Part shown: piece after piece, positions 29,377-39,452 of the stretch
Numbering within the stretch: position 1 is the stretch's first letter
How the letters are laid out: each line of letters opens with the position of its first letter
From: Candidatus Saccharimonadota bacterium
GTDB lineage: Bacteria; Patescibacteriota; Saccharimonadia; Saccharimonadales; Saccharimonadaceae
Length of the DNA: 63,014 nucleotides
Direction: 5' to 3'
Assembly (NCBI GenBank): GCA_017434345.1
Contig: JAFRFM010000039.1
Coordinates: 1 to 63,014 of the forward strand
Notes under the pieces: generated by a model
Told to the model about the DNA's origin: nothing
Databases searched by the model: none
The model's input: only the letters and a program-made list of their open reading frames with translations
Program-made: the position numbers and the translations under genes

Positions 29377-29856
29377 TCATGAGTTTAACTCGTACATTGC
29401 AATTCCAGCCGCAACAGAGACATTAAACGACTCTTTCTGGCCTCTCATCGGTATTTCTACAAAAAAATCGCAAACTTTTCGGACTTCTTCTGGTATCCCT
29501 TTTACCTCTTCGCCTAAGACTAAAGCAAAATCTTTATCATTAAGTAACTTCTTCGCCTCACTTAAAGCTACTGTTTTTGGTAAATTATTCTCCAACCCTA
29601 CAACTTTTCCTGAAAAATCCTCCAAAAATTTCACAATATCATCGCACCAATTAATCTCTATAAGCTTTTCTGCCCCAACCGCGGACTTGCTAATCTGTTT
29701 TTCTAATTTTTCAGCAACATGCGGCAAAATCCCCGGCCGAGAAACGTAAGGCGTATAACCAGAGCAAATAACTTTATCGACGCCGAACCCCTCCGCCGTC
29801 CTCAAAATTGCTCCGACATTATAAACCGACCGAATATTATGCAATACTAATATCAT
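29377..29856 (-). CDS. SpoU/TrmH family RNA methyltransferase
   Basis: LHNIRS.YNVGAI.RTA, LVLGEE..G and EIPM.G.KESFNVSVAAGI. Confidence 0.93.
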   Translation of the reverse strand: MILVLHNIRSVYNVGAILRTAEGFGVDKVICSGYTPYVSRPGILPHVAEKLEKQISKSAVGAEKLIEINWCDDIVKFLEDFSGKVVGLENNLPKTVALSEAKKLLNDKDFALVLGEEVKGIPEEVRKVCDFFVEIPMRGQKESFNVSVAAGIAMYELNS

Positions 29857-29873
29857 GCATAAATTATACCATA

Positions 29874-30000
29874 GCAATACAAATTAACATGCTCTAGCCG
29901 GGCTCTGCGCCTTAGCACAGGCGCAGGGTTAGGGTGCGACCCCTGTGAAGACAGGGGGAGCACGCCTGACCGCCGACTAGAGCATGTTAATTTGTCTTGC
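29874..30000 (+). repeat. Fold-back element copy D between the divergent trmH-like gene and leuS
   Basis: 28-bp arms (26/28 complementary) around core CTCTGCGCC..GGCGCAG-GGTTAGG..CCCCTGT-GAAG-ACAGGGG..CCTGACC. Confidence 0.9.
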
Positions 30001-30028
30001 CACGTAAAAATATGATATAATACGGAAT

Positions 30029-32458
30029 ATGGATAGATATGACCCAAAGACTATTGAAGAAACATGGCAAAAAATCTGGCAAGAGCAAGAAACTTTTAAG
30101 GCTCCTAGTCTAAAAACGGCAAAAGATAATCACCAGGCGAAGATGTTTCTCGCCGAGATGTTCCCGTACCCATCTGGTGCCGGTCTTCATGTTGGTCATG
30201 TCCGTAACTTTACCATCGTAGATGTACTTACACGCTTCTATATGCAACAAGAGATGAATGTTCTTAGGCCTTTTGGCTATGATACTTTTGGCCTGCCTGC
30301 GGAAAATTACGCTATCAAGACTGGCATTTCTCCACAAAGTGCTACGGAAACAAACATCAATAACTTCCGCCGTCAGGCTAAGCGCCTCGGTCTAGCTATT
30401 GACTGGTCTCGAGAAATTAATACTAGCAATCCGGAGTATTACCGTTGGACCCAGTGGTGCTTCCTTCAGCTATACAAGAAAGGCCTCGCCTATCGTAAAG
30501 AATCGTACCAGTGGTGGTGCCCAGAGGATCAAACTGTTCTTGCTAACGAGCAGGTGGAAAACGGTCGCTGTTGGCGCTGTGGCCACGAAGTCGAAAAGAA
30601 GAAGATGAAACAATGGTTCTTTAAGATTACTGAGTATGCTGACGAATTACTAGACGAAGTCGATGCCCTAGATTGGCCAGAAAAGATTAAGACTATGCAG
30701 AAGAACTGGATTGGCCGTAGTAAGGGCGCCGAGATTATTTTTGAAATTGAAGATAAAAAAGACACTATCAAGGTCTTTACTACCCGCCCAGACACCATTT
30801 TCGGCGTAACTTTCCTTGTCCTCGCTCCTGAGCATCCGCTGATTAAAGATTTAGTAACAGAGAAAACTCGTGAAGCCGTTGAAAGATATCAAAAAGAGAC
30901 AACCAAAAAATCTGAGATTGAGCGTCAAGAGAATAAAGAGAAAACCGGTGTATTTACCGGCTCCTATGCAATTAATCCGGCTACCGGCGAGAAGATACCA
31001 ATCTGGGTTTCAGATTACGTACTGATGGGCTACGGCGAAGGTGCGATTATGGCCGTCCCAGCGCACGACGACAGCGACTATGAATTCGCTGAGAAGTTTG
31101 ATTTACCGATTAAGACCGTGATTGAGAAACCAGAAGATTTAGATGATAACGGCCATTGCTATCATGGCGAAGGTAAACTTATCAATTCCGGACAATTTGA
31201 CGGCACAGATAGCTATGACGCTCGCGAACAGGTCGTAGCTTGGCTTGAGGAACAGGGAATTGGCAAGGAGAAAATTACTTACCGTATGCGCGACTGGCTG
31301 ATTTCTCGCCAGCGTTACTGGGGCTGTCCTATTCCTATCGCCTATGATAAAGACGGAAATGAACACCCTATCCCCGAGGATCAGCTCCCAGTTATTATCC
31401 CAGAGGTAGAAGACTATAAGCCCGATCATACCGGCCGCTCTGCCTTAGCTAAGGCCGAAGACTGGCTAAAAGTCGATATCGAAGTTACCGACAAAAAGAC
31501 CGGAGAAAAACATATTGAAACTATGGCTCGCGAAACCGACACTTTAGACGGCTACGCTTGTTCTAGCTGGTATCTCTGGCGCTATGTTAGTCCGCATGAT
31601 GACAACTACGCCTGGAGCCCCGACGCTATTAAATACTGGGCACCAACAGATATCTATGTCGGCGGAGACCACGCCGTCGCGCATCTATTATATATCCGCT
31701 TCTGGTGTAAGTTCTTTGCGGACCAGGGCTTGCTACCTTTCCGTGAACCAGTTAAAACTTTGTTGTATAACGGCTACATCAATGCCCCTGACGGCAAAAA
31801 AATGAGCAAGTCTAAAGGTAACGTTATCGATCCGTTAGATGTCATTGATAGCGGTTACGGTGCCGATACCCTGCGCACCTACGAAATGTTCATTGGCCCC
31901 TACGACCAAGATGCAGCTTGGGACACTAAAGCTATCGGCGGTGTCTACCGCTTCCTTAACCGCTGTTGGTCGCTCTGCTATAATACGCCTGTCGCCCAAG
32001 AGGGGACTTCGCCGAATTCGTCTTTGCGAAACAAGGCAACCAAGAAGGTCACAGAAGACCTGCACCGTCGCAGTTTTAACACGGCCGTTGCTGCGCTTAT
32101 GGAATACGTCAACGAACTCTATAAATCTGGTGCCTCGCACGAAGATATTACAACGCTAGCTAAATTATTAAAGCCTTTTGCGCCACACCTTGCCTGCGAA
32201 ATGCTAGAATAGTTAGGTGAAGATGATGTCTGGCCATCCTGGGACGAATCAGCATTAAAAGAAGAAACCGTAGAGGTTATTGTTCAAGTAAATGGAAAAC
32301 TCCGTGCTAAAATTAGCGTACCAGCTTCCGACCTTGAAGACGAAGAAAAAATTATATCCGAAGCAAAAGAACAGGAAAATATTAAGACATATCTACAATC
32401 TGAGCCGAAGAAGGTGATTTTCGTTAAAAAAGCGAAGCTTCTAAACTTCGTCATCTAA
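30029..32458 (+). CDS. leuS: Leucine--tRNA ligase, with an in-frame TAG at 32210-32212
   Basis: PYPSG.GLHVGH, DWLISRQRYWG and KMSKS; the frame continues past TAG through WP, VQVNGKLR and LLNFVI to TAA 32458. Confidence 0.95.
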
Positions 32459-32471
32459 AAGCCCAAAAGTA

Positions 32472-32495
32472 TAACCCCGCATTTAGCGGGGTTTT
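32472..32495. terminator. Bidirectional terminator
   Basis: AACCCCGC-ATTTA-GCGGGGTTTT between convergent genes. Confidence 0.75.
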
Positions 32496-32505
32496 GCTTA
32501 GGCTA

Positions 32506-32913
32506 CTATCCGTGGTTGTGTAAAACTAATCTTCCATTCTTTCTGACTTCGATTAGCCTTCTACCGCCTACTTGTTTGTTCTTGAGGGCCTCTTCTTCAT
32601 AAATAGCTACGATCTTATCACCTCTATTTAATTCGGAACGCAACGCGGACGCCGGAAAGCTCTCCCTCGTCCCGTCTTCTAGCACAAACTCGACCACGGG
32701 TACAGACGCTCCACTATAGGCTAGCGCATCAACGCCTTCTAACATGGAGTGCGGAATTGAAGAATAACTACGAAGATATTCTCCAGAGACTTTACGTCTA
32801 CGCCTAAAGTCAACATCGTCATCCGAATAGCATGTAATTGATTTTAGACAATGTCTGCAAGTGGCCACTAACACTAAAGCCGCAAACACGGCATATAACA
32901 GTATTACTGCCAT
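32506..32913 (-). CDS. Hypothetical membrane-anchored protein (ORFan cassette)
   Basis: N-terminal TM; ATG 32913 preceded by AAGGAGG. Confidence 0.65.
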   Translation of the reverse strand: MAVILLYAVFAALVLVATCRHCLKSITCYSDDDVDFRRRRKVSGEYLRSYSSIPHSMLEGVDALAYSGASVPVVEFVLEDGTRESFPASALRSELNRGDKIVAIYEEEALKNKQVGGRRLIEVRKNGRLVLHNHG

Positions 32914-33098
32914 CGTGTACCTCCTTACCACTTCGTGTGCCTGTTAACAAGTTACGCTGATTTTTTAAAAACCAGTGTTCTAATTGTATAACGCTTTAGA
33001 TTTTAAATCAACCCTAATTTTACCCCTTGCCAAAACTATAATTTAGTGATAAAATTACCTATAAGTTTATATTTATTATTATAAAAGGAGCACATTAG

Positions 33099-33281
33099 AT
33101 GCCTGAACCTAAAAAACAGAGCAGCCCACGTAAGACTGGTCTACGTCGTAGCCATCTACGTTTGAAACTTGCTCGCTCAGTTAATAAAAAATCTCCAGTC
33201 AAGGCTTTTGAGACTGCGAAGAGAACGCCAAATCTTAAGGTAAAAACCGTTAAGAAAACAATCAAGAAAGCGAAAAAGTAA
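33099..33281 (+). CDS. rpmF: 50S ribosomal protein L32 (cysteine-free type)
   Basis: MP.PKK..S..K...RRSH N-terminus; upstream of nusB. Confidence 0.85.
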   Translation: MPEPKKQSSPRKTGLRRSHLRLKLARSVNKKSPVKAFETAKRTPNLKVKTVKKTIKKAKK

Positions 33282-33284
33282 TCT

Positions 33285-33818
33285 ATGGCAAGCAATCGGC
33301 ACTTAGGCAGAATTATTACCCTACAAAGTCTATACGAGTTTGAATTTAGGGAAAAGGCGGGCGACGCTACGGCCGAAATAGATTCAATTATCGCTAAAAA
33401 TATTGAGCCTTATGAGAAAGCACTTGGAGATACTAATTTTGTCTATGCTTTAACGCGTGGTGTAGTAGGTAAAACCGACGAACTCGATAAAGAGTTAAAA
33501 CCACTTGCCCCAGAATGGCCAATTAGTTCTATTGCGGCAATAGACCGCAATGTGCTAAGAATGGGTCTTTACGAGCTAAAGTATTGTGGCGAAGAAGTTC
33601 CACCTAAAGTTGCTATCAACGAGGCCGTCGAGCTGGCAAAAGCTTTCGGCTCAGATAATTCATCAAAGTTCGTCAATGGTGTGTTAGGCACGGCCTTTCG
33701 TAACCTGGGCTTAGGTGAAGATACTAAGGAATCACATGAACAATCAACCAAGAAAAAGTCAATTAAGGAGAACAGTTCCGCAGACTCAGAGACGGACAAC
33801 TCGAAGAGTACCGACTAG
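33285..33818 (+). CDS. nusB: Transcription antitermination factor NusB
   Basis: RH..R...LQ.LY, IDRNVLR and [16 protein letters not shown]...S.KFVNGVL. Confidence 0.96.
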   Translation: MASNRHLGRIITLQSLYEFEFREKAGDATAEIDSIIAKNIEPYEKALGDTNFVYALTRGVVGKTDELDKELKPLAPEWPISSIAAIDRNVLRMGLYELKYCGEEVPPKVAINEAVELAKAFGSDNSSKFVNGVLGTAFRNLGLGEDTKESHEQSTKKKSIKENSSADSETDNSKSTD

Positions 33819-34383
33819 AGCCGTCGTTCAAAGTAGGCAGGCCATCCGAACTAAACGTAAAGTTCCGGAAGCTCTTCCTAAAAAATATCGAGAATCACCG
33901 TTTACTAAGTTAAAAAGTACTGTATTCCGTAAAAAACCCGCTATCCAAGAGATAGTGCGCGAACCCACCTCGGGCGGAATTGTTTTTCGCATAAGCAAAG
34001 ATCGAAAAGATATCGAAATCTTGCTCATACAAGATTCTAAGAATCGTTGGACCATACCAAAAGGTCATATTGAGCCTGGAGAAAATGCAAAACAAACCGC
34101 AATCCGCGAAATCGGAGAAGAATCTGGGTTACACCATATTTCTGCACTGTGTTGGCTCGGTAAGATTAACTTTAAATACCGTCGTATGGATAAACTTGTG
34201 CTGATGACTACGCAGATTTATCTCGTGCGTTCACTTGACGACCATGAAATTCCGCAAAAGGAGAAGTGGATGAACGGCATAAAATGGTTTAAATTTGCCG
34301 ATGCGCTAGATGCTATAGAATATGAAGATATTGAAAAGCTCATGTTAATTGCTAAAAAGAAGATTCGTTCAGGAGAATTTTAA
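33736..34383 (+). CDS. NUDIX hydrolase with basic N-terminal extension
   Basis: [12 protein letters not shown]....[11 protein letters not shown] Nudix box; start codon uncertain. Confidence 0.88.
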   Translation: MNNQPRKSQLRRTVPQTQRRTTRRVPTRAVVQSRQAIRTKRKVPEALPKKYRESPFTKLKSTVFRKKPAIQEIVREPTSGGIVFRISKDRKDIEILLIQDSKNRWTIPKGHIEPGENAKQTAIREIGEESGLHHISALCWLGKINFKYRRMDKLVLMTTQIYLVRSLDDHEIPQKEKWMNGIKWFKFADALDAIEYEDIEKLMLIAKKKIRSGEF

Positions 34384-34384
34384 A

Positions 34385-35185
34385 ATGGACAAGGGTAATT
34401 TATTAAACAACGAACAGATTGAAGAATATCAGAAATTTGCCGAAGATAAATTAGGTTTTCGCTATCATAATATAGATCTCCTTATAACCGCACTGACTCA
34501 TCGTAGCTATGTAAATGAACATAAAAAATCTAACGCAGAGCATAACGAGCGTCTCGAATTCCTCGGAGATGCAGTCCTAGAAGTCGTAGTTTCTGACTAT
34601 CTTTATCGCCACTTTAATCAAAGTGAAGGAGTTATGACCGCCTTGCGTTCCGCGCTTGTCCGTACAGAATCTATCGGCGCCGCCGGGGAAGAACTCGGCT
34701 ATGCCCCGTTGGTGCGTCTGTCGCGTGGCGAAAAGGCTGGTAGTGAGCGCGCGCACGCAGTTATTTTTGCAGATTGTTTTGAAGCAATCATCGGGTCGAT
34801 TTATCTAGACCAGGGCTATCGCGCCGCCTGCAAATTCATTCACCGTAATATCATCTGTAAGTTACCTCATGTTCTCGAGGAAGAAACCTGGCGCGACCCG
34901 AAATCTTATTTCCAGGAGCTAGCGCAACATTACGAAGGGGTTATTCCAACCTATCGCACTGTAGGTGTTGAAGGCCCAGACCATAATCGCGAGTACCATA
35001 TTGCACTTTATGTAGGTGATACGAAAATAGCTGAAGGCGTGGGACATTCTAAACAAGACGCCCAGGTTATCGCCGCTCAAAAAGCCCTTGCCATCTATCG
35101 CCTTGCCGGGCGTAGGTTCCCGCTATTTACCGACGGAGAAACTCCCTACGAGTATCATGACCCGTTTGCGAAAGACGAGAACTAG
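34385..35185 (+). CDS. rnc: Ribonuclease III
   Basis: ALTHRS, NERLEFLGDAVL and dsRBD DPKS..QE. Confidence 0.97.
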   Translation: MDKGNLLNNEQIEEYQKFAEDKLGFRYHNIDLLITALTHRSYVNEHKKSNAEHNERLEFLGDAVLEVVVSDYLYRHFNQSEGVMTALRSALVRTESIGAAGEELGYAPLVRLSRGEKAGSERAHAVIFADCFEAIIGSIYLDQGYRAACKFIHRNIICKLPHVLEEETWRDPKSYFQELAQHYEGVIPTYRTVGVEGPDHNREYHIALYVGDTKIAEGVGHSKQDAQVIAAQKALAIYRLAGRRFPLFTDGETPYEYHDPFAKDEN

Positions 35186-35242
35186 ACTTTTTTGACCAAG
35201 TGTGCTATAATAAGAAGAGTATATTATAAACAAAGGAGACAA

Positions 35243-35602
35243 ATGCTAGCAATTCGCATGCAACGTAATGGCCGGTCGCATTACCCTACTTACAGGATAG
35301 TCGTCCAAGAAGCGCAGCTTCATCCCCTATCTGGGCGTGTCGTAGCTGAGGTCGGCAATTATAACCCTCACACTAAGGCTACTACCCTTGATAAGGAAAA
35401 GGTCGCCTTCTACCTTGAACACGGTGCTCAGCCTAGCTCGAGAGTAGCTCGTATTCTAAAAGCTAATAAAATTAGCCTACCAAAGTGGGTTAAAGAGCCT
35501 ACCGAGAAACACGCAGTCGCAAAACACGCCGACAAGCTTCGCAAGAATCAACCAAAGGAAGAAGCCCCGGCCGAAGAGCCCGCCGAAGCTACTGAAGCAT
35601 AG
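35243..35602 (+). CDS. rpsP: 30S ribosomal protein S16
   Basis: MLAIRMQR.G....P.YRIVV and GAQPS; SD AAGGAG before ATG 35243. Confidence 0.95.
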   Translation: MLAIRMQRNGRSHYPTYRIVVQEAQLHPLSGRVVAEVGNYNPHTKATTLDKEKVAFYLEHGAQPSSRVARILKANKISLPKWVKEPTEKHAVAKHADKLRKNQPKEEAPAEEPAEATEA

Positions 35603-35617
35603 CTAACATTACAGGGG

Positions 35618-35735
35618 GGCAAGGGGGAGATGTAATGTATAAACCGTGTGCGCCGAAGCTCGGCACACAGTGAGCTTGCCCCGTGAAGACGGGCGCAAGC
35701 GAAGCGGGGTTTATATATTACATCTCCCCCTTGCC
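35618..35735 (+). repeat. Fold-back element copy E between rpsP and khpA
   Basis: 28-bp arms (27/28) around core GTGTGCGCCGAAGCTCGGCACAC...CCCGT-GAAG-ACGGG...GCGG; right arm ends in the khpA -35 box. Confidence 0.9.
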
Positions 35736-35795
35736 TAGGGTATGTAAGCCGTGCTATAATGGTAATGTAATAAACTAACATCCGGAGAAAAACAT

Positions 35796-36209
35796 ATGTC
35801 AACCATTGACCAACAATTCGTAGAATATATAGTTAAAACCCTGGTAAATAACCCAGAGAAAGTTAGTGTCGAACGTACCATTGACGAAAGGGGCGTACTT
35901 CTAAAACTCACCGTAGATGGCGAAGACGTCGGCCGCGTAATCGGTAGAAAAGGCTATACTGCGCAGGCTATCCGTACTTTACTCCGCGCGCTCGGAACTA
36001 AAAACGACGCACGTTATAATTTGAAGATTGTTAATACCGAAGAGGGCAAGGATATTACATCCGACAACCCTAGTAATGATGTTGAGGAGCCCACCTCGGA
36101 AGAGGACGTTTCTATTGAAACTGAACAGGTGGAAGAGGAAGAACCTACTTCTGATATCGCAGAGCGTACTCGCGCAGAACTAGCCGACCTTGATGATTTA
36201 GATATCTAA
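35796..36209 (+). CDS. khpA: KH-domain RNA-binding protein KhpA/YlqC
   Basis: EYIVK.LV..P and D.GRVIGRKG.TA.AIRT; follows rpsP. Confidence 0.9.
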   Translation: MSTIDQQFVEYIVKTLVNNPEKVSVERTIDERGVLLKLTVDGEDVGRVIGRKGYTAQAIRTLLRALGTKNDARYNLKIVNTEEGKDITSDNPSNDVEEPTSEEDVSIETEQVEEEEPTSDIAERTRAELADLDDLDI

Positions 36210-36280
36210 TTCTAGCCGAAAAAGTCAAGATTTTCACAAAAAAGTCTTGACTTTTTTGTTATGCTTATGCTAAAATAAAA

Positions 36281-36381
36281 ACAGTTCATTGTGAACTATA
36301 GCTGACTGCGAGTCAACTAACACTATAAGTTGAGGGCTTATCTGTTCAAAAATCCACCTTACTCCGAATAGGTGGTTTTTT
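36281..36381 (+). ncRNA. Candidate stand-alone small RNA (~100 nt)
   Basis: TTGACT(36247)-18-TAAAAT(36271, with TG extension) promoter, three short hairpins and an intrinsic terminator; no ORF. Confidence 0.45.
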
Positions 36382-36415
36382 GCGCCTCTTACGCTTTTTA
36401 TGCTATAATGGCTAT

Positions 36416-38068
36416 ATGAATAAAAAAGTTTCAAAATTCTTGACCAGTTTTATTATTTATCTTAGTATTGCCTTCTGTTCAGTCCTGACTTTAGCAACCT
36501 TCTTTCTAACAACTAATGATGGCGACTATGGTCATAAAAATTTAGAGACTAGTTTCGCCCCATACATTGCTTTCGGCATTATAATCTTTACTATGCTTCT
36601 AGCAGTTCGCCCCGTCCGACGATTCTTTAATACTATAAACTTAAAGTTCCTATACAAATGTGTATTTATCTGGGGCCTAGTTATGTCTGTCTCTTGGATT
36701 TTTATTGCAGATGTCCTACCGATGTGGGATTCTATGGACTTAGTATATGCTGCAGATTGGATAAATCAGAACACCGGCGGCGTTACGGCCAGTTGGTTTA
36801 ATAACGAGATGGCACAGCCAATAGCTGCCGGGAAATGGAGTGCCGGCTCATATATGGAACGGTATCCATACCAGACTCCTATTGCTATGTTAGTCTTCCT
36901 CTGTATGAAGTTTGCCGGTAGCAACTTTATCGTATTCTTTGAAATCTTAAATTGTCTAGCCTGCGCCTTCACCATGTATTTTATCGTAAAATATACACAC
37001 GAACTTTTCAAAAATAAGACCGCAACTTCTATATCGGCGCTGCTGATTATGCTCTTCGCCCCGCTCATCCTCTATTGTACATTTATTTATGGGAACGTCC
37101 TCTGCCTCCCATTCGCCATTGTCTGTCTATATTTCGAGAAACGTGGCCTAGATTTGGCTCTATCTAAAAAGAGCTCAGAACATAAACATATAATATATAT
37201 AGCCGCTTCAATCATTTGCGGTGCTATCTCGGTGATCTTAAAGTCTCCGATGCTTTTCTTCGTTGTCGCCGCTGCCGTGGTCTATGTAATTTGGGCAATC
37301 CAACATAAAAGATACATTTATTTTGCTACCGCGCTAGCTTCTGTGCTAATCGCTAATTACGCCATTCTTCCGATTAATTCAGTTGTTGGCGCGCTAACTA
37401 AACAAAATCTAAATAACGGAACTCCTACAATTACTTGGATTACCATGGGTGTCGGTGGAGGGAAAGAATATATCGCTGACAAAACAGAAAACGAAGAGGA
37501 ACGTACAGACATAGAAAATGCCGGATACTATGACGGATTTCCTTGGGTTCTTTCGGACAGTGAATATTCACCAGAAAACATGAAAAATGTTAGTGGCGAA
37601 TATCTAAAGAAGCGCCTAGAACATTATGCTAATGATCCAGGACTTGCATTAAGCTATTTTGGACGTAAATTGACGATTGAATGGACCGAACCTACCTTTG
37701 AAAGCCTTCTTGCGAGCAACTGGGACAGCGCTAACCCTATTACTGGCTATAATATGTCTACTAGACCATACACTCCTATCGCAAAATCAGTTTATTATGG
37801 TAAAGCGCGTACCATTCTTATCTATCTCATGGACTGTCTGCAGACTATCATCCCTATTGGTGTCGTCATTTGCTTCCTGAAACTGCGCAAAAAGTTAAAC
37901 ATCACCCAGCTCGGAGCAACCATCTATGTACTAGGCATTTTCGTAGTCTACTTATTCTGGGAAAACAAAACACAGTATATGTTCCCAGCATTTATCGCGA
38001 TGATACCGTACGCGGGTATCGGTTGGTACTTTATTGTGGAAAAGGTGTTAAAATTGCTAAAGAAGTGA
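36416..38068 (+). CDS. Polytopic membrane glycosyltransferase (GT-C fold-like)
   Basis: About 12 TM, P.WD acidic motif in the first loop, YP.Q and WE...QY; adjacent to a GT2 gene. Confidence 0.65.
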   Translation: MNKKVSKFLTSFIIYLSIAFCSVLTLATFFLTTNDGDYGHKNLETSFAPYIAFGIIIFTMLLAVRPVRRFFNTINLKFLYKCVFIWGLVMSVSWIFIADVLPMWDSMDLVYAADWINQNTGGVTASWFNNEMAQPIAAGKWSAGSYMERYPYQTPIAMLVFLCMKFAGSNFIVFFEILNCLACAFTMYFIVKYTHELFKNKTATSISALLIMLFAPLILYCTFIYGNVLCLPFAIVCLYFEKRGLDLALSKKSSEHKHIIYIAASIICGAISVILKSPMLFFVVAAAVVYVIWAIQHKRYIYFATALASVLIANYAILPINSVVGALTKQNLNNGTPTITWITMGVGGGKEYIADKTENEEERTDIENAGYYDGFPWVLSDSEYSPENMKNVSGEYLKKRLEHYANDPGLALSYFGRKLTIEWTEPTFESLLASNWDSANPITGYNMSTRPYTPIAKSVYYGKARTILIYLMDCLQTIIPIGVVICFLKLRKKLNITQLGATIYVLGIFVVYLFWENKTQYMFPAFIAMIPYAGIGWYFIVEKVLKLLKK

Positions 38069-38080
38069 TATAATACAGAT

Positions 38081-39271
38081 ATGACTACTAAACCAAAAGT
38101 TTCCATAATCGTACCAATTTATAAAGTAGAAAAATACCTGCGCGAGTGTGTCGATAGCATCTTAGCGCAGAACTTAAAAGAAATTGAAGTAATCTTAGTA
38201 GATGACGGCTCCCCTGACCGTTGTGGCGAGATTGTAGATGAATATGCAGAGGCGGACAGTCGCGTAGTCCCGGTACATCAGAAAAACAGTGGCTATAGTG
38301 TAGCCGTCAATCGCGGAATCGACATGGCAAAAGGCGAATATATCGGCATTATCGAATCGGATGACTGGATTGAGCCGGATATGTATGAACAGCTGTATAA
38401 GAGCGCTAAAGAAAATGACGCCGATGTCACTAAGGGCGCATTTTATTACTATAACCCTACTCTGAAGGGAGACCGACAAAACATTGTTTATACTAACCCT
38501 TCGGGCATCGATTTACGTTACGCGCCTAATCGTCCATTCAAGCTTATTGAATGGCCTAAGATTATCGGTTTTCATGCTTCTATCTGGTCTGCCATCTATA
38601 AGGCTAGTTTCATAAAGAAGATTAAAATTCCAGAAACTGCCGGAGCTAGCTATCAAGATTTTCCGTTTATGTGTGAGTTTTTGACTAAAGCCGAGCGAAT
38701 TACCGTCGTAAAGAAGCCTTTCGTTCATTGGCGCAATGAGCCATCTCAAGGCAATTCTACTAGCGCTGGTGGCGAGAAATTACTCCTTATGGCTCAGAAC
38801 ACGCTAACTGGTCTAGATGTCGTCAAAGAAAGTGGACAATATAGATACGTCAAGGAAGCCTTTTATGCGCATGCTCTCTGGGCTAATATCGGCTTCTTCT
38901 TCAAAATTGATCGTAAATATAAAAAAGAATACTATGAACGTTTGAAGAAGATCTTTAGAAATCTTAAATATGACCCAGAGTTTAAATATACCTACTTTAC
39001 TACTTATGAGAGAATTTGGATGCGTTGTATCCTGGAGAAAAACAACTGGCACTGGATGACGTTTTATCGTATTAGAAACGGTATCAAAAACCGTATCCAA
39101 CGCTATCTCGGGCATCTCTTCCCGACTTACCGTATCGCCGAGTATAATAAATGGCGTCTCTACGAAATGAGTCTCCAGAATTCCGTATTCCAGGATGAAT
39201 TAACCACAATAGAATATAAGATTGACCAGCTCATTAAGGCGCAAAAAGCCTCAGAAAAGTCTAAAAAGTAG
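38081..39271 (+). CDS. GT2 family glycosyltransferase
   Basis: VSIIVPIYKVEKYL.ECVDS, VDDGSPD and IESDDW. Confidence 0.92.
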   Translation: MTTKPKVSIIVPIYKVEKYLRECVDSILAQNLKEIEVILVDDGSPDRCGEIVDEYAEADSRVVPVHQKNSGYSVAVNRGIDMAKGEYIGIIESDDWIEPDMYEQLYKSAKENDADVTKGAFYYYNPTLKGDRQNIVYTNPSGIDLRYAPNRPFKLIEWPKIIGFHASIWSAIYKASFIKKIKIPETAGASYQDFPFMCEFLTKAERITVVKKPFVHWRNEPSQGNSTSAGGEKLLLMAQNTLTGLDVVKESGQYRYVKEAFYAHALWANIGFFFKIDRKYKKEYYERLKKIFRNLKYDPEFKYTYFTTYERIWMRCILEKNNWHWMTFYRIRNGIKNRIQRYLGHLFPTYRIAEYNKWRLYEMSLQNSVFQDELTTIEYKIDQLIKAQKASEKSKK

Positions 39272-39299
39272 TTTTTCTCAAAAATCTTATAAAAAACTC

Positions 39300-39328
39300 T
39301 TGAAAAAGCTCTAATTTTGCATTATAAT
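39300..39328 (+). promoter_or_regulatory. rpoB promoter
   Basis: TTGAAA-17 bp-TATAAT. Confidence 0.7.
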
Positions 39329-39452
39329 GCCTATAAGAAGTAGTGTGTTTAAGTTTTTTGGACGTGCCAAAATTTAGCGAGTTTTAGCACGAAAACTATA
39401 ACAGTATTCTTCGGCGCTATAAGAATATCAAACACTAAATAAGAGGTAAATT

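Noticed and set aside
29874-30000. Fold-back elements as ordinary intrinsic terminators, classical MITEs or known self-cleaving ribozymes
   Set aside because: They occur between divergent genes and inside dnaE and mostly lack T tracts. Arms are not shared between copies, no direct target duplication is visible, and I see no hammerhead, twister or pistol core motifs (not tested computationally).
32210-32212. Genetic-code reassignment (TAG or TGA) or pyrrolysine
   Set aside because: Only one in-frame stop in the window. TAG ends several ribosomal genes at their conserved termini, TGA ends the SpoU and sortase genes, and long genes are otherwise open in code 11.
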